Source: Eledone cirrhosa
Taxonomy: Eukaryota
Reading direction: 5' to 3'
Length of the DNA stretch: 64,000 bases
NCBI GenBank assembly: GCA_964016885.1
Contig: OZ024755.1
Coordinates: forward strand, 23,994,001-24,058,000
This document shows positions 24,910 through 36,066 of the stretch, piece by piece. The translations under genes and the position numbers were made by a program. The notes under the pieces were generated by a model, which saw only the letters and a list, made by a program, of their open reading frames with translations, made no database searches and was not told the origin of the DNA. Each line of letters begins with the position of its first letter. The first letter of the stretch is position 1.

Positions 24910-25219
24910 TTTATACTCTGCAATGTATTGAGTACCTTACTTACTGTGGTTACCTCCGATTCAACCCGGAATAACGTACTATATATATATATATATATAT
25001 AAGAATTGAAATACTAGAGTGTGTTGGAGTTAAACACCCTCTTCGTATTATAGAAATGACAGTAAAGGTATAGCTCAATGTAATTAAACAGAGCCGAAGA
25101 ATTATGAAAATATTTTCATAATATATATATATAGAGAATCTTCATCCTCCTCAGTGTGTAATGTCTATTGTCCATGTTAACATGGGTTTGATAAGCTGTC
25201 CTGTTTTGAGACAAGCCAG

Positions 25220-25382
25220 GTTCCACAACAAATTAGCAAACCATACTCGAGGATGTGTGTTTCACCAAGTGGATTTTCAACCTGTGTATGGCTGCAGTGA
25301 GAAACTGCAACCATATACGGGTAGAAAATTCACTTGGTGAAATGCACATCCTAGAGTATGGTTTGCTAATTTGTTGCGGAAC
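25220..25382. repeat. Long imperfect inverted repeat (~78-bp arms)
   Basis: CAACAAATTAGCAAACCATACTC ... GAGTATGGTTTGCTAATTTGTTG. Confidence 0.9.
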
Positions 25383-25574
25383 TAACTCTATACCAAACTC
25401 ATCCTCTAGACTGAGAGCTCTACTTACTACAGATATAACCTCCCATTTTTTTTACCACTATAAATATCGATAGTCGATCGACTTTCATCAAATTGGACCA
25501 AGGAAACGAGGTTTCCATTGATATTTACAATTGCTAATACTATCTATCGATCATAACTTCAGGTAAAAGGACCA

Positions 25575-25685
25575 ATGTGAAATAAAGTGTCTTTCTCAAG
25601 GGCATAACACATTATCCGTCCCGGGAATCAAACTCACAACATCACGATTGTGAATCCAATTCTCTAACCACTCAGCCACACACCT

Positions 25686-25687
<2 letters not shown>
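25575..25687 (-). mobile_element. SINE-B head fragment
   Basis: GTGAAATAAAGTGTCTTTCTCAAGG..CTAACCACTCAGCCACACACCT. Confidence 0.8.
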
Positions 25688-25717
<30 letters not shown>

Positions 25718-25718
<1 letters not shown>

Positions 25719-25832
25719 ACGAAGGAAATGTGGTAATGAACCAGGTGGACCATAAAGCACCAAAGTACTCAATACTTAGCAGAATTAGCCGTTGAAACGG
25801 CTTGAGTCAGCCGTCGGGGTCTTACTGGTTCC
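25718..25832 (+). mobile_element. TA-embedded module, family H-C, internally deleted (only the 3' half of the hammerhead)
   Basis: Matches 33090-33302 but lacks ~33151-33248. Confidence 0.8.
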
Positions 25833-26082
25833 TATATATATATATATATAAATGAAAGGTATTGAAAGTATTGTAGCAAGAAGCCAACAGTATTCCATAA
25901 TATATGTGACTATAGCGTCAATATATATATATATATATATATATATCCTGGATATTGATATCCAGTCATAAAATTCCTTTGCAACAAGATAAGTCATGAT
26001 CGTATGGAGTATTTTCAAAGAAGTACTGTTAAGATATGGTAGTATCTTATTATTGGTTTTTATCTAATCTAAAAAAAAAATC

Positions 26083-26370
26083 ATATATATATATATATAT
26101 ATATAAATATACATATACACACATACATATACACATATATACACACACATACATATATACATATATACACACACATACATATATACATATATACACACAC
26201 ATACATATATACATATATACACATACATACATATATATACATATATATACACACACATATATATATATATACATACACAAACATATATAGGTACACACAT
26301 ACATATATATATACACATACATATGTATGCATATATATACATATGTATATATGCATATATATATATATGC
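26083..26370. repeat. (TA)/(CA) compound microsatellite
   Basis: Direct observation. Confidence 0.95.
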
Positions 26371-26534
26371 TGGATTTATCTTTGACCTACAATACTTTAG
26401 TAGAATATGTTGATTTTTAAAAAGGGAAATCAATATTAGTTGCTCTTAATTGACAATATTGACTATTAAAATATATATAGATATCAAAGTCTTAAAAACT
26501 CAAGTCTGACATGTACAACTTTCTATTGTTATAG

Positions 26535-26809
26535 AAGTAGTAGTAGTAGTGGTGGTGGTGGATGTAGTAGTTGTAGTGGCGCTGGTGATAGTAGTAGTGG
26601 TGGTGGTAATGGTAGTGGTAGTAGTAGTGGTGGTGGTGGTGGTAGTAGTTGTAGTGGCGCTGGTGATAGTAGTAGTGGTGGTGGTAATGGTAGTGGTAGT
26701 AGTAGTAGTAGTGGTGGTGGTGGATGTAGTAGTAGTAGTGGTGGTGGTGGTGGATGTAGTAGTTGTAGTGGCGCTGGTGATAGTAGTAGTGGTGGTGGTA
26801 ATGGTAGTG

Positions 26810-26841
<32 letters not shown>

Positions 26842-27777
26842 GGTGGATGTAGTAGTTGTAGTGGCGCTGGTGATAGTAGTAGTGGTGGTGGTAATGGTAG
26901 TGGTAGTAGTAGTAGTAGTGGTGGTGGTGGATGTAGTAGTTGTAGTGGAGCTGGTGATAGTAGTAGTAGTGGTGGTAATGGTAGTGGTAGTAGTAGTAGT
27001 AGTAGTGGTGGTGGTGGATGTAGTAGTTGTAGTGGCGCTGGTGATAGTAGTAGTAGTGGTGGTAATGGTAGTGGTAGTAGTAGTAGTAGTAGTGGTGGTG
27101 GTGGTGGATGTAGTAGTTGTAGTGGCGCTGGTGATAGTAGTAGTGGTGGTGGTAATGGTAGTGGTAGTAGTAGTGGTGGTGGTGGTGGTTGTAGTTGTAG
27201 TAGTGGTTGTAGTAGTGGTGGTGGTAGTAGTAGTGGTGGCAGTGGTTGTAGTGGTGGTGGTTGTAGTAGTGGTGTTGGTAGTAGTGTTGGTGGTGATTGT
27301 GGTGGTAATAACAGCAGTAGCATTAGTAGCAGTAGCATTAGTAGCAGCACCAGCAGCAGCAGCATTAATAGTAGTAGTAGTAACAACAGCAGCATTAGTA
27401 GTAGTAGTAGCAGCAGCAGCAGTCATTTGATAGTAGTGATAGTAGTGGTGGTAATGGTAGTGGTAGTAGTAGTAGTGGTGGTGGTGGTGGTGGTGGTGGT
27501 GGTTGTAGTTGTAGTAGTGGTAGTAGTAGTGGTTGTAGTGGTGGTGGTAGTAGTAGTGGTGGCAGTTGTGGTGGTGGTTGTAGTGGTGGTTGTAGTGGTG
27601 GTGGTTGTACTAGTGGTGTTGGTAGTAGTGGTGTTGGTAGTAGTGTTGGTGGTGATTGTGGTGGTAATAACAGCAGCAATATTAGTAGCAGTAGCATTAG
27701 TAGTAGCAGTAGCAGTATTAATAGTAGTAGTAGCAACAACAGCAGCATTAGTAGTAGTAGTAGCAGCAGTCATTTGA
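26535..27777. repeat. (GTA/GTG)n trinucleotide array with a higher-order ~60-bp unit and a duplicated terminal block
   Basis: Recurrent GATGTAGTAGTTGTAGTGGCGCTGGTGATAGTAG..GTAATGGTAG; source of the poly-Thr/Val ORFs. Confidence 0.95.
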
Positions 27778-27987
27778 ATAATTAATCTTGAGTGATTTGA
27801 TGAACAGTGATTTGAAATCATTTATGCTTCAAATACATACTGACATATCTTTTTTATTATGCAGTCAGAATAAACACTTGAAAATTATAATTTACTCTGA
27901 AGGATGTCTTAGAAATCAATATAAGTTATCAGGTTTGATGGTTGATTGGGATAAGATGAAGAGAATGTACTTTCTTTGGGAAGAATT

Positions 27988-28179
27988 AATTGTTTCTACT
28001 TTTGACACAAGGCCAGCAATTATTACCCCCAGTGTATTACTGGTGCTTTATTTTATCAACCCTGTAAGGATGAAAGACAAAGTTAACCTTGGTGGGATTT
28101 GAACTCAGAACATAAAGGCTCATAACTATGATGCAAAGTACAGTGTCTGATGCTCTACTGATACTGAGAATTAATGGTG
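27988..28179 (-). mobile_element. SINE-A
   Basis: Consensus match. Confidence 0.85.
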
Positions 28180-28399
28180 AGATGACATACTTGGCTGAGA
28201 GAGCTGGACTCTTACTACCAACATGGAATGAAGAATTTAACCACAAGTGCTTCAGAAGGCTACTATGCATCCTGTTTAAAGAACAAGACAAACTAGTTTG
28301 TCAGGCAGCAAAGCCGAAGCTGAAGCATATATACAGTATGTGCCACCCTATCCAACCTTCCTATACATCTCTCATGAGGTCAGGCTGAAACACTCTAAA

Positions 28400-28750
28400 G
28401 TAGTCTTGATGGTGTCACAACAAACACACTCAGTCCACAATGTAAACTAGTTGTGGAGGTGTCATGACAAAAAGCACCCAGTACTCACAGTAAAGTGATT
28501 GTGGAGGTATCACAACAAAAAGCACTCAGTCCACACTGTAAAGTGGTTGTGGAGGTTTCAAAACAAAAAAAAAGCACCCAGTACTCACTGTAAATGAGGT
28601 TGGTGTTAGGAAGAGCATCCAGCTGTAGAAATCAAGCCAAAATCAATTCTCTATGAGCAAGACATGGTCACCTGACCTAACATTACCCACAACAGGACAA
28701 AATGTCTAACCCAAGCCAGCATAGAAAAAGGAATGTAAAATGGTGATGAT
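28400..28750 (+). mobile_element. Retroposon family C with internal tandem subrepeats
   Basis: Repeated CACAACAAAAAGCACCCAGTCCACACTGTAAAGTGG-type units, GTTAGGAAGAGCATCCAGCTGTAG, GAT tail; homologous to 34558-34957. Confidence 0.8.
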
Positions 28751-29198
28751 GTAGTGACACTTTCTCAAGGAGTTGTGACCAGGAGATAGTATCAGCATTT
28801 GAAAAACCAATGGAAATACTGGTCAGCTCCTCTATTATCCTGTTTACAGAACAAGATAAACTAGCTTGTCAGGCAGAAAATAAATAAATATGTAGCGACA
28901 CTTCCACCAGGAGTTGTGGCCAGGAGTTATTGTTAACTGGTAGAATCTGGTGGTCAGCTCCTGTCTTATCCTTTATTTCCAGAATGGGGTATCTATCTTT
29001 TATACTTCTATTCACTCATATGTAAAGTAGCCAAGAAACCTAATTACAAACCATGATATAAATATATATATAATGTAGGAGGTGAGTTTTATTGTAGCAC
29101 AATAAAGCAATGCAAATATCGGATAAGTAGCACTCAACAGTTTATAGGACTGGAGTATAAATAATATAAAATCAAAAGATGATTAAAAGAGTTCCATG

Positions 29199-29263
29199 TA
29201 TTTTATTATGCGCATTTCAAAAACAAATATGGGATGATATTTGCGTTCTCATCAGATAAAATA
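29199..29263 (-). ncRNA. Predicted type I hammerhead ribozyme (family H-A), left arm of foldback
   Basis: Minus strand TATTTTAT-CTGATGA-GAACGCAAATAT-CATCCC-ATATTTGTTTTT-GAAA-TGCGCA-TA^ATAAAATA; 8-bp stem I. Confidence 0.75.
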
Positions 29264-29340
29264 GGGAGACATGATATGAAGCTTAAAAAACACTTCACTG
29301 CTCGCAAGAGTTTTTTAAGCTTCATATCATGTCTCCCTAA

Positions 29341-29405
29341 TTTATCTGATGAGAACGCAAATATCATCCCATGATGATATTTGTTTTTGAAATGCGCATA
29401 ATAAA
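29341..29405 (+). ncRNA. Predicted type I hammerhead ribozyme (family H-A), right arm of foldback
   Basis: TTTAT-CTGATGA-GAACGCAAATATCATC-CCAT-GATGATATTTGTTTTT-GAAA-TGCGCA-TA^ATAAA. Confidence 0.75.
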
Positions 29406-29807
29406 ATACATGGAACTCTTTAAAACTTAAAACCAAAACTGAATACTAACCAATACTATTACTAATTTTCACTTATTCCTAATTAAACTATTTTTCACTG
29501 TGAACAATTTGTCAGCATTTTCTTTTCCGTTTACCAATATATATATATATATATATATATATCTTATCTCTGATGTTCTGATTGAGCTAACATCGTATTT
29601 AAAATTGAGTGGCACTGCTTCTAGTGTGCAGCAATTTTTAGGCAACTTAATCAGAGAAACAATTGTTAGACTGTAAATAAATTCTCTTTTTTGTACTGTT
29701 GACCATGTTATTCTTCACTTTTTCAATTTTATATGTCTTATATATATATATATATATGTCTTATATATATATATATGTTTTATATATATATATATGTCAT
29801 ATATATA

Positions 29808-30128
29808 TACTGAAAATAATAAAAAGGATGAAGTGTTATGTTTTCATTACGTTTATTGAGTTGTGACATACATTTTGTGAACCATAACAGATGTCTGACG
29901 AGGTTTTGATTCCCGAGTCAGGCCAGATCAATACAGATTGAACCTTGAACTGATCAACCATGAAATGCTTGTCAACACTCAATAAACGCAATGAAGATAT
30001 AACACTTCATCCTTTTTATTATTTTCAGTATTACATTCTACTTAGTACTACACCAATATACCCACTTGAAACTATGCATTGAGTGCTCACTTTGGTGAAC
30101 CTACAGTAACTGGACGTTACAATCCCCA
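29808..30128 (+). mobile_element. TA-flanked foldback element (family H-D) with degenerate hammerhead at 29892-29976
   Basis: ~70-bp inverted arms 29808-30030; loop holds CTGACGA-GGTT...AACC-AT-GAAA-TGCTT-GTC followed by AATAAA; related copy at 32404-32600. Confidence 0.7.
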
Positions 30129-31082
30129 TATATATCATTGTCATCATCATCATCATTGTTTAAAGTCTATCTTCCACACAAGTATGGGTTAGACAGGTTT
30201 GTCCCATTTAGAGGCAAGTTGGGTCAGGTGACCGTGTCTCGCTCATATAGGACTGGTATATATACTATGTTATGGTATCAATACATATTGACTGTATGAT
30301 GATCATGTCTCTCAATAAAAAGATCAAAGGATCTTTAAAAGATATATAGAGTGAGAAAAGGCCTATATCATTTGAGAGAAACAGGATTTTGTACATATAT
30401 ATAGATCAAACAATATGTAGGAAAATATACATACTTTAAGATGGTAATAACTCTTAATCCCCCATACGGCCATTTTGTAGATCTAAAGTATAAAGCAAAC
30501 CTGTCGAGCTAAGTAATTGATTATCGATTACCAACTATCGACTTTGGTAAAGCAACCATGACCAGATCTATTCATCAGTAGGGATAGTCTTAATACATGT
30601 CATTCCACCCCACCCCCCTGATATTTTATGGTACAGAAATATACAACCCGACAAAAGACCAAACAAATAATATAAGAACAACTTTAACGTACACATGAAT
30701 GGATGTATTATTCTTGGCTTAACCTCTTCAGTGCCGTAGACGAGATAACTCATCTATACATGTATACATCCCAGTACCACAGATGACATGACTCAGCCTA
30801 ACATGTTTGAACTCTTTTCCAAGAGATCATAATTTCAAAGCTAGATGGGATTACTAGTTTATTGATGAGACGTTTGTCAACCATTCAGATATGTGTTGTT
30901 AACAAATGTTTGTTTAAAAAAATAGTCATTTTACTGAAAAAGAAAACCCACCACAGCATCTGTAGCTGCATAAAATATACACGGCAACAACAGGTTAATG
31001 TGGAAAGACCATAAAACAATGAAAGGAATAAAAAAAGAAATATTTTCAACTTGAAATTAGAACAAGACGGAAACAGTTGACA

Positions 31083-31267
31083 ACAAAAGGTTTCTTTCTA
31101 ATAATTGTTTCTACTATTGGCACAAGGCCAGCAATTACCCAGTACATTACTGGTACTTTATGTTATCGACCCCCGTAAGGATGAAAGGCAAAGTCAACCT
31201 CGGCAAGATTTGAACTCAGAATGTCAAGGGCCGTAACTCTATGCATCAAAGCATGGCGTCCGACCCT
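31083..31267 (-). mobile_element. SINE-A
   Basis: Consensus match. Confidence 0.9.
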
Positions 31268-31705
31268 CATGTGTGATATGTGATGCTCCATGGACAGAGA
31301 ATGCAAATGATATGTGAAGATTGGTGAGAAACGAAATGAACATGCTTTGATGAATGTGCAATGTTGATGTATGTGAACAATAAAGCATGGATGAACTGGG
31401 AGATAAACCCAGTATCAGAGGAATCAGATGTAGTGTACAAGAGAGAAGACTTCAGTGGTATGGACAAGTGATACACATGGATGTTAATCACAGGAAAAGA
31501 AGTTCCAAGAAATTCCAGTGGAAGGGAGCCACAATAAAGGAAGACCAAGGATGGTGGTGAGAGCTGATCTTCAATCGATGAAGCTCAAAGAAGAGATAAA
31601 GAATGACTGTGACAAGCAGAAGTATGCTGTGCTGGCAAAGAACTGTCCAACCCATGCAAGCATGGAAAAGTCGACATAAACTGGTGATGATGATGATGAT
31701 GATTA
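31268..31705 (+). mobile_element. RTE LINE 3' end with (GAT)n tail
   Basis: Decayed RLVRNEMNML..RRLQWYGQV..RGRP-like motifs; ends CCAACCCATGCAAGCATGGAAAAGTCGACATAAA plus (GAT)n. Confidence 0.75.
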
Positions 31706-32096
31706 AGATGATGATCTTTACCAATTTGTAGAGATCAAAGCTATTTAAATTTCCCTCATTGTAAGCTTCTATAAAAGCTGCTTATAACTGTTACACTATA
31801 ATTGTTTCATTTTGATCAGACAATCAGGAATTAACAACTCCACTAATTTTCATTAGACAGCTAATAATTACATTGTCTAGCAGGAAATGAATATTTTATA
31901 TATATGTGTGTATACTCTCCTATATAACCCATGCTAACATGGAAGATTGACGTTAATCGATGAGAATGATGTGGATGATCTATACTAATGATAAAGAAAT
32001 AAATATATATATATTTATTTATATATATATATGTATATATATATGTGTACATATATATATGTATATAAATGTAATCTGAGTTTTTCGAATATTAAT

Positions 32097-32403
32097 AATT
32101 GTTTCTACTTTTGGCACAAGGCCAGCAATCACCCAGTGCATTACTGGTACTTTATTTTATCGACCCCGTAAGGATGAAAGGCAAAGTTAACCTCGGCGGG
32201 ATTTGAACTCAGAATGGCAAGGGCCGTAACTCTATGCTGCAAAGCATGGCGTCCGACAGTCTACCGATACTCACAAATCAGGCTGATCAGTCAGTGTATA
32301 TTCCGAGGTTAACTTTGCCTTTCATCCTTATGGGGTCGATAAAATAAAGTACCAGTAATACACTGGGGTAATTGCTGGCCTTGTGCCAAAAGTAGAAACA
32401 ATT
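32097..32403. mobile_element. Inverted pair of SINE-A copies (minus 32097-32271; plus 32303-32403)
   Basis: The two 3' halves are ~100-bp near-perfect reverse complements. Confidence 0.9.
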
Positions 32404-32600
32404 ATAATAAAAGGACGATTTGTTATGTCTTCATTATGTTTATTGATTGTGGACATGCAATTTGTTATTGATCAGCTCAAGGTTCGATCCATATCAATCT
32501 GGCCTGACTCTGGAATAAAAAGCTTGTCAGAACTTTGCTGGGGTAATGGCAGAATGATCACCTGGGTGAACCTACAGTAACTGCATGTTACACTTCCTGG
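32404..32600. mobile_element. Second copy of family H-D (decayed)
   Basis: Reverse-complement match to 29895-30020 followed by the shared GGTGAACCTACAGTAACTG tail and (TA)n. Confidence 0.75.
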
Positions 32601-32626
32601 ATATATATATATATATATATATATAT

Positions 32627-32935
32627 CTAAGGCGGGTAAAATTCCCGAGATCCATGGACGAGTTCTCTCCAGCGGTCTCTGTCCCTCATTATCGCTGCCA
32701 TGTCCTGCATCTCCAACAGACCAGTGTCTGTCCTGAAGGCATCAACATACATTAACCTTGGTCTTCCTCTTCTAGTGTGTCCATGTAGGGGCTCCCAAAG
32801 GAGTACTGAGTGCAATGTCAACTCTGGATGTCGGTGAGCATGTCCAGCTAACCTCAGTCTCCTCTGTGTCACTTTTGAGCTGACTTTTGGGATGCTCCCA
32901 TACAGTTCTGACTTTTGGGATGCTCCCATATTCTC
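32627..32935 (-). mobile_element. RTE/RTEX-type LINE ORF C-terminus
   Basis: RRLRLAGHAHRHPELTLHSVLLWEPLHGHTRRGRPRLMYVD..MRDRDRWRELV is a typical post-RT C-terminal motif. Confidence 0.85.
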
Positions 32936-32936
32936 A

Positions 32937-32968
<32 letters not shown>

Positions 32969-33089
32969 ACGAAGGAAGTGTGGTAAGGAACCAGGTGGAC
33001 CATAATGCACCAGAGTATTCGAAATGGCTTGAGCTCTGTTGTCGGAGCCCTGAACCTTTTCCTATATATATATATATATATATATATAT

Positions 33090-33299
33090 AACGAAGGAAA
33101 TGTGGTAAGGAACCAGGTGGACCATAACGCACCAAAGTACTCGATACTTGAATTACTACTGATTTTTGACAATCACTTTGACCATATATGGAATTACCCC
33201 TTGAGAAGATCGGCTATTTAAATACCAGGATAAATTTTCATTTAGTCCAGAATTAGCCGTCGAAACGGCTTGAGCTCAGCTGTCGGGGTCTTACTGGTT

Positions 33300-33302
<3 letters not shown>
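33090..33302 (+). mobile_element. TA-embedded module family H-C (longest copy; partial copy at 32968-33062)
   Basis: Bounded by (TA)n on both sides; three copies in window. Confidence 0.8.
33190..33301 (+). ncRNA. Predicted type I hammerhead ribozyme with compensatory U3-A8 core
   Basis: ACCCC-TTGAGAA-GATCGGCTA...TAGCCGTC-GAAA-CGGCT-TGAGCTC-AGCT-GTC^GGGGT; all three stems pair; stem I extended by GGAATT/GGTTCC. Confidence 0.75.
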
Positions 33303-33352
<50 letters not shown>

Positions 33353-33894
33353 AAAAGTTAGCTACTTAAGTAAGCATTTCATGATTTATTGTAAGTATTA
33401 CAGAAATTCCTACTTTATTTCTCCACACAGTAATAAACTATATTACTCCTATACTGTTACTTCACTTTTATATCTGTATATTTATGTAATATATAACAGT
33501 AGCTTTATGATCTTTTTATAATGTACAATCCTATTGCCTTTTTACCATTGATAATTTAACACTATAATGTTGTTCTACACTATAACATTATTTCATTTGT
33601 ATATTATTGTATTATTGCTATGTAGCAAGAAACATAATAGTATACAGTGTCACTAATCTATCTATTTACACTAGTTATGTAATGCCACACAACTGCATCT
33701 CCAACTATAATAATAAATAGTCTTGTATTATTATATCTCTACGTTATCCTGCAACCTTATATGTTCTACTCTCAAGCAATTCTGTATGTATTCTTTTACA
33801 TTCATTGTTCAGTGTTTTCTATTTAAATATATCTTTTAAATTAATTTGATACATTATCACATATTTCTCATTATTTTCTCTTCTAAATATTATT

Positions 33895-34155
33895 GGAGGT
33901 GCGTGGCCTAGCGGTAAAGGTGTTGAACTTAAAATCATAATGTCGTGGGTTTGATTCCTGGAATGGAATACATGTTGGGTTCTTAAGCAAAACACTTCAT
34001 TTCTCATTGCTATGGTATACTCAGCTGAAAATGAGTACCATCAATAGCTGGGTGGTATCCTGTCTAGGAGGAGTTTTGTACTCTCAGTCGCTTCATGCCA
34101 CAGAAACAGGGAGAAGTACTGGCCTGATGAGCCTTTCGGATCGAGGCAGACTTTA
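33895..34155 (+). mobile_element. SINE-B (CORE-like), full length
   Basis: GTGGCCTAGCGG A-box, GGTTTGATTCC B-box, TTCTTAAGCAAAACACTTCATTTC. Confidence 0.85.
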
Positions 34156-34349
34156 ATTTAACTTTTTTAAATATTAAGAGTATTTTTATTCCGTCTATTT
34201 AAACACAAGAAACTTATTGTAAAGAGAAGAGTTGAATGTAGTTAATAAAATTGGCACTACTGACTTTACTACTATTTATTCTGTTATCTTTAGCTGGTGG
34301 AATTAACTGTGTAGTGAATGTAAATAAGATAGAAGTGATAATAGTTAAT

Positions 34350-34535
34350 AATTGTTTCTACTTTAGGCACAAGGCCAGCAATTACCCAGTACATTACTGG
34401 TACTTTATTTTATCAACCCCGTAAGGATGAAAGGCAAAGTCAACCTCGGCGGGATTTGAACTCAGATCGTAAAGGGACGTAACTATGCTGGAAAGCATGG
34501 CGTCCGATCCTCTACCGATACTGCCAATCCACCGC
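34350..34535 (-). mobile_element. SINE-A
   Basis: Near-consensus copy. Confidence 0.9.
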
Positions 34536-34557
34536 ATTGTATCCATGTATTTATATA

Positions 34558-34957
34558 TAGTGGTCATGTGAGTGTCACGACAAAAAAACACGCAGTCCAC
34601 ACTGTAAAGTGGTCATGTAGGTATCACGATAAAAAACACCCAGTCCACACTGTAAAGTGGTTATGTGACTGTCACGACAAAAAACACGCAGTCCACACTG
34701 TAGAGTGGTCGTATAGGTATCACGAAAAAAAGCACCCAGTCTACACTGTAGAGTGGTCGTGTAGGTATTACGAAAAAAAGCACCTAGTACTCACTGTAAA
34801 TGAGGTTGGCATTAGGGAGAGCATCCAGCAGTAGACATCAAGCCAAAATCAGTTCTGTATGAGCAAGACAAGGTCACCTGACCTGGCATTACCCACAGCA
34901 ACAACTTGTCTAACCCATGCTAGTGTACAAAAATGGATGTAAAACAGTGATGATGAT
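34558..34957 (+). mobile_element. Retroposon family C with ~6 tandem ~50-bp subrepeats
   Basis: Repeated TCACGACAAAAAACACGCAGTCCACACTGTAAAGTGG; GAT tail. Confidence 0.85.
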
Positions 34958-35718
34958 ATTAATAAAATTATTAATAACTCCATATTTACCTGTGTATAAG
35001 TTTGGATAAGATGTTTAGGTATAATCTGGAAGATAATATCATAAAAAAAAGATAACTAACTGCTTGAAGGTTTCTTGACTGTGTCATAGAAATTCTGACA
35101 ATAATTCCCAACATCTATGTGAACTGAGAAAAGTAAAATAATTGTGTTCGCAGAAACACTACAAGAAACTAAGCTAAGGGAGCCTCTAAATTGCTAAAAA
35201 TAATAATTAACTTTCTGAGAAAGACAAGATGGAGAAAACCAGGGAGAAGACAAGACACAGAGAAGACGAACAAATAGGCATTGAGGAGGTCACAGAATGT
35301 GTGACAAAAGAACTTCAACGAAATAACCAACAACAAATAATGATGATAAAGATGAAATTTAAGTCAAATAGTGCAGGTGTTTTTATTAGCAAAATGACCA
35401 TCCCTAAATATAATAATATATGTTTCAATGCATGATTTTTACATCAAGAATCTTGCAAAACAAATACATAAACGTACATATATATATATACACATGACAA
35501 ACACAACAAAAAATACACTAAAAACACAGGGAAGATGGAGAAGAATTTTAAGAAAAAGAGGAAGCCCCAAAACAGATAATCGTGAAAATTAAAAGTGAAA
35601 ATGATATGGTGCATGAGTTTCTTTCTATTGGCAATATTGGCAACATAACCATCCTCTAATATAACAATATACACACACATATATATATATATACAATACA
35701 ATGGGAGGAAACAATAGT

Positions 35719-35760
35719 GTCACTGATGATTTCACAGGTGTGCAATGAAGGAACTCTGAG
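35719..35760 (+). ncRNA. Degenerate minimal hammerhead (family H-E)
   Basis: GTCA-CTGATGA-TTTCACA-GG-TGTGCAAT-GAAG-GAAC-TC^TGA; GAAA changed to GAAG. Confidence 0.5.
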
Positions 35761-36066
35761 AGACTATATATTTATATATATATTTATATGTATATATATA
35801 TTTTTAACTGTTGGTCAATTAATGATAAACATTGATTGCCAGCTAAATTAACTATAGGGATATAAAATATATGGGAGCGAAAACCAACCCAAACCAAACA
35901 GTCAGTGTGTTTTATTATATATTTCTGGCAATATTGATTGTCCCCAAATATATTGATTGTCCCCAAATATAATGATTGTCCCCAAATATAATATTTTATA
36001 TATATATATATAAGTCCATTCAGTAAGTTAGTAATTTATCAAGTTAGTCAGTCCAACAATTCCAGG

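Noticed and set aside
30530-30580. Minus-strand CTGATGA near 30572-30578
   Set aside because: No convincing stem II or GAAA.
30568-30753. Minus-strand 61-aa ORF as a host exon
   Set aside because: No recognisable motif or clear splice pair.
34105-34152. CTGATGA followed by hairpin GCCT..AGGC in the SINE-B tail
   Set aside because: The hairpin is followed by AGAC, not GAAA, and no stem I/III fits; treated as an ordinary SINE tail.
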